A stretch of DNA of 64,000 bases from Acidobacteriota bacterium (GTDB lineage Bacteria > Acidobacteriota > Thermoanaerobaculia > Multivoradales > JBCCEF01): assembly GCA_039030395.1 (NCBI GenBank), contig JBCCEF010000001.1:417315-481314 (forward strand), read 5' to 3'. The translations under genes were made by a program, and so were the position numbers. The notes beneath the pieces are model-generated. The model saw only the letters and a program-made list of their open reading frames with translations. It made no database searches and was not told the origin of the DNA. Shown here one piece after another: positions 1-13,687 of the stretch. Each line of letters begins with the position of its first letter. The first letter of the stretch is position 1.

Positions 1-323
1 TCGCCGCCACCCTCATGCGGCGGGTCCTGGTGGACTACTCCCGCCGCCGCTCGGCGGCCAAGCGCGGCGGTGGCGGGCAACCGGTCACCCTCGCCGAGAT
101 CGACCTCCCGAGCCAGCCGCCCCCCAGCGTCGAAGCCCTTGACGACGCGCTGCGCGCTCTGGCGGATCTCGATCCGCGCAAGGCCCAGGTAGTCGAGCTG
201 CGCTTCTTCGGCGGCATGACCATCGACGAAACGGCGACCTATCTGGACATTTCCCACGCCACCGTCGAACGCGACCTGAAGGTCGCCAAGGCGTGGCTAT
301 CGAGGGAGATGCATCCTGCCTGA
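1..323 (+). CDS. ECF RNA polymerase sigma factor (TIGR02999-like), 5' end truncated by the window edge
   Basis: Frame is open to the window start. MRRVLVDYSRRRSAAKRGG and the region-4 HTH (VVELRFFGGMTIDETA...ATVERDLKVAKAWL) match kinase-associated ECF sigmas. Confidence 0.9.
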   Translation, partial: AATLMRRVLVDYSRRRSAAKRGGGGQPVTLAEIDLPSQPPPSVEALDDALRALADLDPRKAQVVELRFFGGMTIDETATYLDISHATVERDLKVAKAWLSREMHPA

Positions 324-330
324 GGAACCC

Positions 331-2970
<2,640 letters not shown>

Positions 2971-2985
<15 letters not shown>

Positions 2986-3555
2986 CTCCTCGGCAGTGTC
3001 GATGGCGAGGGCGAAGAAGAGATCTTCCTGGACCCAAAACTCGATCACCGTTCCTTCGCGCGGACGGCGTTGGCCAGCGAGCGGGTCGAGAGTCTCGGAG
3101 CGCTCCGTGACGTACAGAGTGGCCCGCTTCCCACGCCCATCGACCAGCTTCACCTGTGCCGCGAGCTGCGCCTGAATGGAGCAATAGCGCCCCCCGAGGA
3201 GTCCGAATCCGGCCAGACGGTTCCCCGGTGCCCGCGGACCTTCGAGGGTAAAGGGCAGCCGGTCGAGGCCTTGATCGAGAGCCGCCCAGGTGGTCGCCTC
3301 GAAGTCCGAGGCGAGATTCTTCTGGTGGTTGAGGAGCACTTCGGCGGCCACCGCATCCGCCCGGTCAATCCCCGGGAACCACCACAGCAGACTGGTGACC
3401 ACAGCGGTCACCGCGGCGGCTGCGGCCAACCGGAGAACGCGACGGCGGCGCCGACTTCGGCCGCCCCTTACCATGGCAGCGAGTCGCTCGTCGTCGAGCT
3501 TCTGGACGCGGTAATAGCGGCGCACCTGATGGTCTATCGACTGCCGCTCCTTCAT
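2971..3555 (-). CDS. Putative membrane-anchored anti-sigma factor
   Basis: Overlaps the ECF gene by 4 nt; short N-terminal cytoplasmic region, one TM helix (LAAAAAVTAVVTSLLWWF), then a periplasmic domain with GGRYCSI. Confidence 0.65.
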
Positions 3556-4016
3556 CGCGCCTCCCCTCGCATCGGTGAATCGGCAGCCGCTGACAGCTTG
3601 CGACGGGCGCGGAACAACAAGCTGAGCACAGTCCCCCGACTCTGCTCCGTCAGAGTCGCAATCTCAGCCGCCGTCCAGCCTTCAACCACCTGCAGGAAGA
3701 GGGCCTCCCGTTCGGCCCCTCGCAGGCTCGCGAGATGGCGTTCGAGGTCGACCCGCGCCAGAACCGGCACCGCGAAGGATTCCGGTTCCTCGACAGCCTC
3801 CTCGAGGGGCACGAACTCAACCACCCGGTCGCGGCGATAGCGATCGATGAACAGGTGGCGCAGGGTCGGGAACAACGCCGCCAGACGACGACCTTTGCCG
3901 TACCGCTGGTAGATCTGCAGCCAGGCTTGCTGCACGAGGTCTTCCGCCTCAGCAGGCTCTCCACACAGGGAAAGTGCATAGCGGTAGCCTCGCTGCAACA
4001 AATCCTGGTCGTTCAT
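3552..4016 (-). CDS. ECF RNA polymerase sigma factor
   Basis: Region 2 (YRYALSL...AEDLVQQAW) and region 4 (REALFLQVVEGWTAAEIA...GTVLSLLFRARRKL). Confidence 0.9.
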   Translation of the reverse strand: MNDQDLLQRGYRYALSLCGEPAEAEDLVQQAWLQIYQRYGKGRRLAALFPTLRHLFIDRYRRDRVVEFVPLEEAVEEPESFAVPVLARVDLERHLASLRGAEREALFLQVVEGWTAAEIATLTEQSRGTVLSLLFRARRKLSAAADSPMRGEAR

Positions 4017-4076
4017 CGTGCGTGTTCCCCTGTGTCCAACACGGTCAGAGCGTTGCCGCAGATTACGGAATCGTGG

Positions 4077-4478
4077 CTAGCTCGCCTCGAGCTGGCGCAG
4101 CAGCTCGGCACCCATCTCCTTGATCGACTGATCTGCTGTCAGCTTGACCAGCGGCTTGCGGGTCGCGCCGTCGAGCAGCAGAACAAAACCGGTACCGGGG
4201 TGCGCCGCATAGGCGTCCCCAAATCCAAGGGCCGCGGCCAAAAACTCCGCCTGGGCGCGGGTGGTGCCATTGGTCAGATCGAGGGTTACAAAGAGCACCG
4301 ACTTGCCGTCGTACTTGTTGCTCAGATCCTCGAACAGTGGTCCCATCTTCTTGCAGCTACCGCACCAATCGGCATGGAATTTGACCGCCACAAGCTTGGG
4401 CTCAGCCGGTCCATCGGCCGCGCCTACCGGGACTGCAGCCACCAGCAACAAGAGGGAAAGAAGAATCGATTTAGCCAT
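4077..4478 (-). CDS. Secreted thioredoxin-fold protein
   Basis: KFHADWCGSCK (WCxxC) motif; signal peptide MAKSILLSLLLLVAAVPVGA; ATG at 4478 preceded by CAGGAGG. Confidence 0.85.
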   Translation of the reverse strand: MAKSILLSLLLLVAAVPVGAADGPAEPKLVAVKFHADWCGSCKKMGPLFEDLSNKYDGKSVLFVTLDLTNGTTRAQAEFLAAALGFGDAYAAHPGTGFVLLLDGATRKPLVKLTADQSIKEMGAELLRQLEAS

Positions 4479-4732
4479 GACAGCCTCCTGGCAATGCCGA
4501 GTTGGGCGAGGGATGATCCCCTCTTCGGCAAAACGAACCGAGGCGCCGTTTGATTGCAAGATACCGCTGCCGCAAGATCTTCACAGGAAGCAGCTCGTGT
4601 TTGGCCAGACGGTAGAGGGCACCGCGGACCGAGAGGGCTTGGAAATGGAGCGATAGGCCATGCACTAGGTCCTCAGTTGATGGCATCTGCGGTCCAGCAG
4701 ATCGCTCACCGATTCCTACAGATTCCACCGAA

Positions 4733-5185
4733 TCAAGGGGGTGATCCGTCGTCCATCACCACTTCACGCCATGCCATAGAGTCCCCCGCGAAATGAGGCG
4801 CCAGGGTCACCACCATCGCAGCGGTGGCGACCAGCACCAGAGCGGCGGCGAGGTAGGGGATGGGGTGGCGACGGTGGGCGCGATAACCGAGCCACAGCGC
4901 GAAGATCGCCATCAAGTGGACGAGGCACAGGACTTTCGCCACCGAGACCAGCGGCAAGGGTTCGAGAGCCACCAAGCCGAAGTGATCGACCGTCCAGGGC
5001 AAAACCGCCCGCAGCCATAGAGCCACCAGAATCTCGACACCGGCCAGAATCCAAACTCCCGAGAGCCAAGTCATTCTCCTGCGCTCCAGCAGGCGTCTCT
5101 TTTTCGCGCTCCATCGGACCCCTAGCGAAGAACTCTTCGGCATGGAGGGATCGACAAAGGGCTCGAGGATGGCGTGATCGGTCAT
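4733..5185 (-). CDS. Hypothetical membrane protein (3 TM; weak resemblance to MerC-like segments)
   Basis: Three hydrophobic stretches, GYRAHRRH loop, GGAGG upstream of the ATG. Family not confirmed. Confidence 0.4.
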   Translation of the reverse strand: MTDHAILEPFVDPSMPKSSSLGVRWSAKKRRLLERRRMTWLSGVWILAGVEILVALWLRAVLPWTVDHFGLVALEPLPLVSVAKVLCLVHLMAIFALWLGYRAHRRHPIPYLAAALVLVATAAMVVTLAPHFAGDSMAWREVVMDDGSPP

Positions 5186-5300
5186 GGTGCAATCCTCCGT
5201 CGATGAACTGAGTGAACCTTGAGCGTTCGGTGATTGCGCTCACCTCCCATACGGCTTCTCGCCGTCGTTTGTTCCTCGAGGCGGCTTCCGAATTGTCTCG

Positions 5301-5345
5301 CAATATGCTAATTAGCAAATAATTATGAAATGAATAAAATATCCT
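5301..5345. promoter_or_regulatory. AT-rich divergent promoter region with palindrome TGCTAATTAGCA (5306-5317)
   Basis: Strongly AT-rich tract in a GC-rich background, between divergent genes, containing a perfect 12-bp palindrome. Confidence 0.5.
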
Positions 5346-5437
5346 TTCGGCCCGTCTGTACCGTCAGCGGCCCATCGCACAATTTCCCAGCGCCGCCGGG
5401 GCAACTTTGAGCCGATCCATCGATTCTGGGAGGATTC

Positions 5438-6880
5438 ATGAGCGACAAGCATCACGGAATGATGGCCTTCGAGGACCAGGAGCACCTTTGCCGATATCGG
5501 CGGGAGTTCGTGCCGGGCCGCTTTGCGCGGCTGCTGGCGGAGCTGCCGCCGCTCTATCTTGATCCGGAGGATCTCCACACCCTCGGCGCCAAAGGCGGGC
5601 CGATGGAGGACAAGGGGGCTCCCAATCTCACCAAAACGGTGCCCGCCGGCCTGATCTTCTTCGGGCAGTTCTTGGATCACGACATCACACTGGACGTCAC
5701 CTCCTCGCTGACCGGGATCCACGACCCCACCAAGATCGAGAATGTGCGCACGCCCACTCTCGATCTCGACGGCATCTACGGCGACGGCCCGAAGGCTTCG
5801 CCGCATCTCTACAACGGCGCCGGCAAGCTGTTGACCGGCGAGGACTATGCCGAGCCGATCAATCCCAACGACCTGGCGCGCCAGGATCTGCCCCGAACAC
5901 CCACCGGCACGGCGATCATCGGCGATCCGCGCAACGACGAAAACCGCGTGGTGTCACAGCTCCAGCTCGGCTTTCTGCGCCTCCACAACAAGGTGGTGGA
6001 GGCGATCTCGGACAAGTACTCCGGCGCGGAGCTGTTCGAGGAGGCGCGGCGGATCGTCACCTGGCACTACCACTGGGTGGTGCTGTTCGATTTCCTGCCG
6101 GCGATCTGTGGCGACTGGATCGTCGACGACATCTTGTCCAACGGCCGCAAGATTTATCGCCCGGCCCAGTGCAACGCCTTGCCCTTCATCCCCATCGAGT
6201 TCTCCGTCGCCGCCTACGGCTTCGGCTACACCATGGTGCCACCGAAGATGCGGGTGCAGACGAACGGGCCGCAGCACAACCTCTTCGGTCCGGTTCTCGG
6301 CGGCGGATTCCGGCCGGTCCTGAGCAAAGACGAGGTGGTCGAGTGGGCGGCGCTGCTCGACGATCGGAGCGGCAGCGACAGCTTCGAGCGCGCCGGCAAG
6401 GTGGAACCAAAGCTCGCCAGTTCGCTCCTCGATCTGCCCTTCATGCCGCCCACGACCCCGCCCTTCCTGCGCTCCCTCGCCACCCGCAACCTGCTCCTCG
6501 GCCAGAGTTTCCTGCTGCCCTCCGGCGAGCAGGTGGCGCGGCACCTGCGCGAAGGCGGCGCCGACGAGGTGGAAGAGGACGGCATCGAGGAGGTGCGCAA
6601 GCGGGCCGAGGCCATGGGGCTTCCGAAGGCCACCCCGCTATGGATCTACTGCCTCATCGAAGGCCGCTGGATCGGCCGCCAGCGCAACGCCGGCGCAGCG
6701 GAGAAAGGCGAAGGCCTCGGACCGGTGGGCGCCCGTCTGGTGGCGGAGACCCTCATCGGCCTGATGGAGGAGGATCCGCGGTCATTCCTCAGCTCGAACC
6801 GTAGCTGGTCACCGGCGGAAGAGGCGCACAACCTCGGCGCCGAGGGCGTCGACAACCTCTACCGATTGCTGACCTTCTAG
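5438..6880 (+). CDS. Heme peroxidase (peroxidase-cyclooxygenase / animal heme peroxidase family) protein
   Basis: FFGQFLDHDIT distal motif, RTPTLDLDGIYG, IGDPRNDEN, LGPVGARLVAE; GGAGGA RBS. The proximal motif is atypical (see findings). Confidence 0.85.
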   Translation: MSDKHHGMMAFEDQEHLCRYRREFVPGRFARLLAELPPLYLDPEDLHTLGAKGGPMEDKGAPNLTKTVPAGLIFFGQFLDHDITLDVTSSLTGIHDPTKIENVRTPTLDLDGIYGDGPKASPHLYNGAGKLLTGEDYAEPINPNDLARQDLPRTPTGTAIIGDPRNDENRVVSQLQLGFLRLHNKVVEAISDKYSGAELFEEARRIVTWHYHWVVLFDFLPAICGDWIVDDILSNGRKIYRPAQCNALPFIPIEFSVAAYGFGYTMVPPKMRVQTNGPQHNLFGPVLGGGFRPVLSKDEVVEWAALLDDRSGSDSFERAGKVEPKLASSLLDLPFMPPTTPPFLRSLATRNLLLGQSFLLPSGEQVARHLREGGADEVEEDGIEEVRKRAEAMGLPKATPLWIYCLIEGRWIGRQRNAGAAEKGEGLGPVGARLVAETLIGLMEEDPRSFLSSNRSWSPAEEAHNLGAEGVDNLYRLLTF

Positions 6881-7063
6881 CCACCCGTGTTTGGGCTGCT
6901 CGCAACGAGTCACGAAGGGCGAAGCGGCGGCGAAGCTGCCGAGGATGGGGTGAGCCCGAAAGACCTGCCTTTCGGGCGAGGGGGCGCCTAGCCCCCTGGA
7001 AAGGAAAAAGAGCTAGCTGGAGTGATGAAAAGATCGGCGAAGCCGTCTTCATCACCCTGCTAG
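6877..7063 (-). mobile_element. Structured dispersed repeat / MITE-like element, copy A
   Basis: Shares linkers and hairpin layout with 29978-30100 and 44420-44604; bounded by CTAG at 6877 and 7060. Confidence 0.6.
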
Positions 7064-8956
7064 CTCCTCCAGCTCGGCCCATCGCTCATAGAGGCGTTCG
7101 AGCTCCGGCTCAATCTCAGCCAGGCGGTTCTGGAGGGCGGTAACGCGATCGCCGCCTTCTTTGTAGGTCTCAGGGCTCGCCAGATCGGCGTGGATCTGGC
7201 GCTGTTCCTGCTCCAGCGCCTCGATGCGGGCCGGCGCCGTGGCGAGGTCTTCGCGCTCGCGATTGCTCAGCTTGCGTCGCCCGCCGGGCGGCGGCCCCGG
7301 CGGACGGGCGGCGGTCTTTTCCGCAGGTTTCGCCTCCACCACCTGCGGCGCCCGCTGGCGCAGCCAATCGCTGTAGCCGCCGGCGTACTCCCCCACCCGG
7401 CCGTCGCCCTCCATCACCAGAGTGCTGGTGACCACGTTGTCTAGGAAAGCGCGGTCGTGACTCACCACCAACAGGGTGCCCGAAAATTCCACCAGCAGGG
7501 CTTCGAGCAGCTCCAGCGTCTCGATGTCGAGGTCGTTGGTCGGCTCGTCGAGCACCAGGACGTTGGCCGGCCGGGTGAAAAGGCGCGCCAGCAGCAACCG
7601 GTTGCGCTCGCCGCCGGAGAGTGCCTTGACCGGCCCACGAGTTTGCTCCGGAGTGAATAGAAAATCCGCCAGATAGCTGATGATGTGCCGTGTCTTGCCG
7701 CCAACGGTGACCTTGTCGCTTCCCTCGGCGACGTTGTCCGCCACGCTTTCCTCGTCGTCGAGCTGTTCGCGATGCTGGTCGAAGTAGGCCACGTCGAGGC
7801 GGGTACCCCGCCGCACCCGGCCGGTGGCCGGCTCGAGGTCGCCCAGCAGCAGCTTCAGCAGGGTGCTCTTGCCGGAGCCGTTGGGGCCGAGAATCCCCAC
7901 CTTGTCGCCGGAGAGGATGGTGGTGGAGACATCACGCACCACCGGCTCGGCGGTTGCGCCGGAGCCGTAGGTAAAGGTCACGCCCTCCGCCTCGAAGACG
8001 ATCTTGCCGGAGCGGCCGCCGGCCTCCACCCGTAGACGCGCCGTGCCGGTCGTCGCGCGGCGCGCCCGACGCTCTTCGCGCAGCCGTTCGAGGGCCCGCA
8101 CCCGCCCTTCGTTGCGGGTGCGCCGCGCCTTGAGGCCCTGGCGAATCCACGCTTCTTCCTGCGCCAGCTTTTTGTCGAACTTGTCGGCGTGGCGCGCCTC
8201 CACCTCCAGTCGCTGCCGACGCTGCTCCAGAAAGTGCCCCCAGTCCCCCGGTGAGTCGGTCAGCCGGCCGCGGTCGAGTTCGACGATGCGGGTCGCCAGC
8301 CGCCGCAGGAAAGCGCGGTCGTGGGTAACGAAAATCAGCGCTCCAGCAAAGGCCAACAGGCCCTCTTCGAGCCACTCGATAGCGGGAATGTCGAAGTGGT
8401 TGGTGGGCTCGTCGAGGAGCAGGACATCCGGTTCCGCCACCAGCGCGCGGGCCAGGAGCACCCGCCGCTTGAGGCCACCGGAGAGGGTCTCGAACCGGCC
8501 CGAGTGCGGTAGGTTGAGGCGGGTGATCACCGTTTTCACGCGGCGCTTGATCTCCCAGCCTCCGGCCGCCTCGAGCCGATTCTGCACCTGCTCCATGCGG
8601 TGTAAATCGCCGGCGCCGCCCTCCAGTTCGAGGCTCAGCCGGTGATACTCCGCCAGCAGGGCGCCCAACTCCGCCACGCCGGAGGCCACCAGTTCGTAGA
8701 TCTCACCGGTCAGGTCCTGCGGCACCTCCTGGGTCAGGCGGGCGACCCGCAGCCCGGCGGTCCGCAGCACCTCGCCTTCGTCCGGCGGCAGCTCCTCGGC
8801 CAACACCTTGAGCAAGGTGGACTTGCCCGAACCGTTCCGGCCCACCAGGGCGATCCGCTCGCCGACCTCGGCGTGGAAGGTCGCGCCGTCGAGCACCGGC
8901 GCACCGCCGAAGGCGACGGTGACTTTGCGAACCCCGATGCGCTTGGTCTCGGCCAT
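7052..8956 (-). CDS. uup: ABC-F family ATPase Uup
   Basis: Two ABC cassettes (GRNGSGKST/LSGG/LLLDEPTNH and GPNGSGKST/LSGGE/LVLDEPTND), Uup linker KARRTRNEGRVRAL, C-terminal coiled coil ending RWAELE; no TM helix. Confidence 0.9.
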   Translation of the reverse strand: MAETKRIGVRKVTVAFGGAPVLDGATFHAEVGERIALVGRNGSGKSTLLKVLAEELPPDEGEVLRTAGLRVARLTQEVPQDLTGEIYELVASGVAELGALLAEYHRLSLELEGGAGDLHRMEQVQNRLEAAGGWEIKRRVKTVITRLNLPHSGRFETLSGGLKRRVLLARALVAEPDVLLLDEPTNHFDIPAIEWLEEGLLAFAGALIFVTHDRAFLRRLATRIVELDRGRLTDSPGDWGHFLEQRRQRLEVEARHADKFDKKLAQEEAWIRQGLKARRTRNEGRVRALERLREERRARRATTGTARLRVEAGGRSGKIVFEAEGVTFTYGSGATAEPVVRDVSTTILSGDKVGILGPNGSGKSTLLKLLLGDLEPATGRVRRGTRLDVAYFDQHREQLDDEESVADNVAEGSDKVTVGGKTRHIISYLADFLFTPEQTRGPVKALSGGERNRLLLARLFTRPANVLVLDEPTNDLDIETLELLEALLVEFSGTLLVVSHDRAFLDNVVTSTLVMEGDGRVGEYAGGYSDWLRQRAPQVVEAKPAEKTAARPPGPPPGGRRKLSNREREDLATAPARIEALEQEQRQIHADLASPETYKEGGDRVTALQNRLAEIEPELERLYERWAELEELAG

Positions 8957-9102
8957 GGCGCCGATCCTACTCGCCACTCGCTCTCCGGTGATGCACGCGT
9001 GAACTCCATCGGTGGCGACTGCGCCGGAAGAACATCGCCATTCCTCAATGGACTGCTAGGCTTCGGCCCTGCGGCGGATCCCTCCGCCCGGAGGGCCGAG
9101 CG

Positions 9103-10230
9103 ATGAATCAGGAAAACGCAGGACCCGGCGCGACAGCCTCTTCGACTCCCGGCTCCGAACCGGATCTGGCACCGGTCCGGCAGCGCCTGGCGGAGATCGA
9201 CCGCGAGTTGATCCGCCTGGCCGCCGAGCGGGTGCGACTGTCCGGCGAAGTGGCGGCGATCAAGCGCGCCGCCGGCCGGGCGACGGTGGACTACCGCCAA
9301 GAGAAGAAGGTCCTGGAGCGGGCCACCTCGGAGGCTCGACGGCAGGGTCTCGCCACCGAGGTGGCAGAGGATCTCGTGCTGCGGCTGATCGAAGCCTCGG
9401 TCACCGCCCAGGAAGAAGACAATCTGCGCACCGCCGCCACCGGCGCCGGCCGCATCGCAGTGCTGGTGGGCGGCGCCGGCCGCATGGGCCGCTGGATGAG
9501 CCGCTTTCTACAGGCCCAGGGCTTCGCCACCTGGGCGATCGATCCGGCGGCCCATGCGGAAGAGGACGCCCGCGGCCGGGAGCTGCTGCCGCTGGCGGAT
9601 CTGGTGGTGTGTGCGGCGCCGCCGCGGGTGGCCGTGGAGTGGTACCGCCAGTGGACCGAGGAGCCGCCGCGCGGCCTGGTGGTGGACATCGCCTCGATCA
9701 AGACCCCCCTCATCGAGCCCATCCGCCGACTCCAGCAGGCCGGCGCCCGGGTGGCCTCCCTCCACCCGATGTTCGGGCCGTCGCGCACTCTCCTGCGCGG
9801 CGCCGATGTGGTGATCTGCGACACCGGCGACGAGGAGGCGACGGACCAGGTGTCGGCGCTCTTCGCTCCCACCACCGCCCATCGGGTGCGTTTGCCGCTG
9901 GACGAGCATGACCGATTGATGGGCGACCTCCTCTCCCTCTCCCACGCCGCCGCCATCGCCTTCGCCCTCGCCCTGCCGGAGGACGACCATCCGGTGAAGA
10001 GCACTACCTTCCAGGCCTTCGAGGCCCTCGCCTCGGAAGTGGTGCGGGAGAGCCCGGAGGTGTATTTCGAGATCCAGGCGGACAACCCGCACTCCACCGT
10101 CGCCGTCGAGCGCCTGGCGCAGGCGGTAGCGCGCATCGTCGAGGTGGTGCGCGCGCGCGACGCTGGAGCCTTCACCGAGCTGATGTCCGAAGGGCGCCGC
10201 CACACCCGTCCGGCTCCGCCGACGCAATGA
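9103..10230 (+). CDS. tyrA: Bifunctional chorismate mutase / prephenate dehydrogenase
   Basis: N-terminal AroQ domain (VRQRLAEIDRELIRL..ER); GGAGRMG NAD-binding motif; DIASIK, HPMFGP and EHD motifs. Confidence 0.85.
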   Translation: MNQENAGPGATASSTPGSEPDLAPVRQRLAEIDRELIRLAAERVRLSGEVAAIKRAAGRATVDYRQEKKVLERATSEARRQGLATEVAEDLVLRLIEASVTAQEEDNLRTAATGAGRIAVLVGGAGRMGRWMSRFLQAQGFATWAIDPAAHAEEDARGRELLPLADLVVCAAPPRVAVEWYRQWTEEPPRGLVVDIASIKTPLIEPIRRLQQAGARVASLHPMFGPSRTLLRGADVVICDTGDEEATDQVSALFAPTTAHRVRLPLDEHDRLMGDLLSLSHAAAIAFALALPEDDHPVKSTTFQAFEALASEVVRESPEVYFEIQADNPHSTVAVERLAQAVARIVEVVRARDAGAFTELMSEGRRHTRPAPPTQ

Positions 10231-10266
10231 ACGGACCCTTGATAGGCTCCCCCTCGGCTTCGACAG

Positions 10267-11901
<1,635 letters not shown>

Positions 11902-11903
<2 letters not shown>

Positions 11904-11955
11904 AAAAGGCCTGGACCGATCCGGCTGGAGCCGGCGAGGGAGAGGCCATTTTTTT
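11902..11955 (+). terminator. Probable intrinsic terminator after thiC
   Basis: AAAAAAGGCC...GGCCATTTTTTT stem followed by a T-tract. Confidence 0.55.
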
Positions 11956-12208
11956 CCGCCTCGGTTTTCAGGACTCCCCCGCCGGACGATGCCCACTGGC
12001 GCGGGACTAAATCACGGGCTCTCCCGTAGAGCGAAGTAGGACGCTTCACTAGCGAGAAGGTCGAACGGCATCCTGTGGGCCGAAACGTCTCGGAATATGT
12101 TTCATCCCGGAGACGTTTCCGAGATCGAATCAACACCCAACAGGCTCGTTCCGAGACATCGAACGGCCCAACAACCAGTGACGCGGCCACCGCGTCCGGG
12201 AGAACAGC

Positions 12209-12937
12209 ATGAAGAAACTGTTGAGTGCCCTCGTTTGCTTTCTGTTAACCGCCCCGCTGTTCGCCACAGCTCCGGATCCATCGGTCGATCACAGGGTCGC
12301 CCAATGGCAGCAGACCATCGAACGGGCCAAGGAATCCATCCGCGCCGGCAAGTACCGAAAGGCGGACCAAACCCTCGGGCAGACCATCGATGAAGTCTGC
12401 AACGCACTGACCGGCGGCGACGAGGCGAGCCGAATGATCGGCCTGCTGCTCACGCTGCGGGCGCTGGCGGAGGCCGGGCAGGATCAGCAGACGGACGCCC
12501 TGTGGTCCTGGCACCTCGCCCAGCAGTTCGAGCCCAACCTGGCGCGGGTGGACCTGTCCGAGTTCGGCTCCCCCAGCGAACTGCTGTCACAGCACCGAAT
12601 CGTGCCGACGGAGGAATCCGAAGGCGAGAGCGACGAGAGCGCCAACGAGGAGGCGCAGGAGGTGAGGGAGTTCACGCCCCCCAAGGTGAGCAAGGCACCG
12701 GTCAAGTTCCCACGCGGCGCCCGGTGGGATCAGCAGGCCGGTCAGGTGATGGTCCTGGTGACGATCGAGGAGGACGGCGCGTTGTCCAATCCGAAGATTC
12801 TCGAGAGTCTGCCGAATCCCGCCCTCACCCTGAACGCCCTCGAGGCGATGAAGGCGACATGGGGCTTCAAGCCGGCTGAAGTCGACGGCAAACCCGTCGC
12901 CTCGTACTACAACCTCCAGGTCAACTACATTCCCTGA
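12209..12937 (+). CDS. Secreted protein with helical N-domain and TonB C-terminal domain
   Basis: Signal peptide; C-terminus FPRGAR...GQVMVLVTIEEDG...ALEAM..WGFKPAEVDGKPV is TonB_C-like. Confidence 0.75.
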   Translation: MKKLLSALVCFLLTAPLFATAPDPSVDHRVAQWQQTIERAKESIRAGKYRKADQTLGQTIDEVCNALTGGDEASRMIGLLLTLRALAEAGQDQQTDALWSWHLAQQFEPNLARVDLSEFGSPSELLSQHRIVPTEESEGESDESANEEAQEVREFTPPKVSKAPVKFPRGARWDQQAGQVMVLVTIEEDGALSNPKILESLPNPALTLNALEAMKATWGFKPAEVDGKPVASYYNLQVNYIP

Positions 12938-12947
12938 GGGGCGATTG

Positions 12948-12978
12948 GCCGGGTGCTGAAGGAATCCCAGCACCCGGC
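12948..12978. terminator. Hairpin between convergent genes
   Basis: GCCGGGTGCTG-N9-CAGCACCCGGC perfect 11-bp stem. Confidence 0.5.
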
Positions 12979-12984
12979 TGGCGC

Positions 12985-13578
12985 CTAGAAACTGAAGGCG
13001 AAGCCGGCGTTGACCGCCAGGCCGCCCAGGTCGACGTCGAACTGGTCCTCATCGATCTCGACATCCGGGAAATCGTCACGGTCGAATTCCACCGTCGCCT
13101 CGACGGTGCGGTACATCGCCTCGGCGAAAAAGCGGCCACCGGACTCGTCCCCGATCTCGAAGCCGAAGACGCCGTAATAGCCGCCCTCGTCGTCGAGCTC
13201 GCCGACGTCCGTCTCCAACAGGTAATAGCTCACCCCAGCGCCCAAATAGGGGCGCAATCCCGAGGGCCGGCCGAGATTGAAACGCAAGCCGGCCTCGACG
13301 GGAACCACCTGGATGCCGTTGTCGAGGGTCGGGTCCTCGCCGTCGAGAATCAGGTCGAAGGGATCGTCCGCCGTCTCCTCGTAATAGGTCACCCGCAGGT
13401 CGATGTCGACCGCCTGCGTCAAGCCGAAGCCAAAGCGAATACCGGCGCCGAGGTTCTCACCGGTGTCCTCCGTGTCCCAGTAGGAACCGTAGATCGAGAT
13501 GCCGCCGGCTTCGGCCGGCAAGGAAACGAAGGACAGGCCCACCAGGGCCGTGAGTGCGATCAGAAGGGTCTTTTTCAT
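12985..13578 (-). CDS. Outer-membrane beta-barrel protein (OmpW/OmpA-TM-like)
   Basis: Signal peptide, alternating beta strands (RPYLGAGVSYY), C-terminal aromatic signature AGFAFSF. Confidence 0.8.
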   Translation of the reverse strand: MKKTLLIALTALVGLSFVSLPAEAGGISIYGSYWDTEDTGENLGAGIRFGFGLTQAVDIDLRVTYYEETADDPFDLILDGEDPTLDNGIQVVPVEAGLRFNLGRPSGLRPYLGAGVSYYLLETDVGELDDEGGYYGVFGFEIGDESGGRFFAEAMYRTVEATVEFDRDDFPDVEIDEDQFDVDLGGLAVNAGFAFSF

Positions 13579-13687
13579 CGTGGGTCTCCGTTGACAGTGC
13601 GAGCGGAGTCTACCGGAAGGAACTCCGCCTTCTTCCGAGCTACAATCTTATTCGCGCAATCCTTATCACCACCCCTTCGGACTCTCC

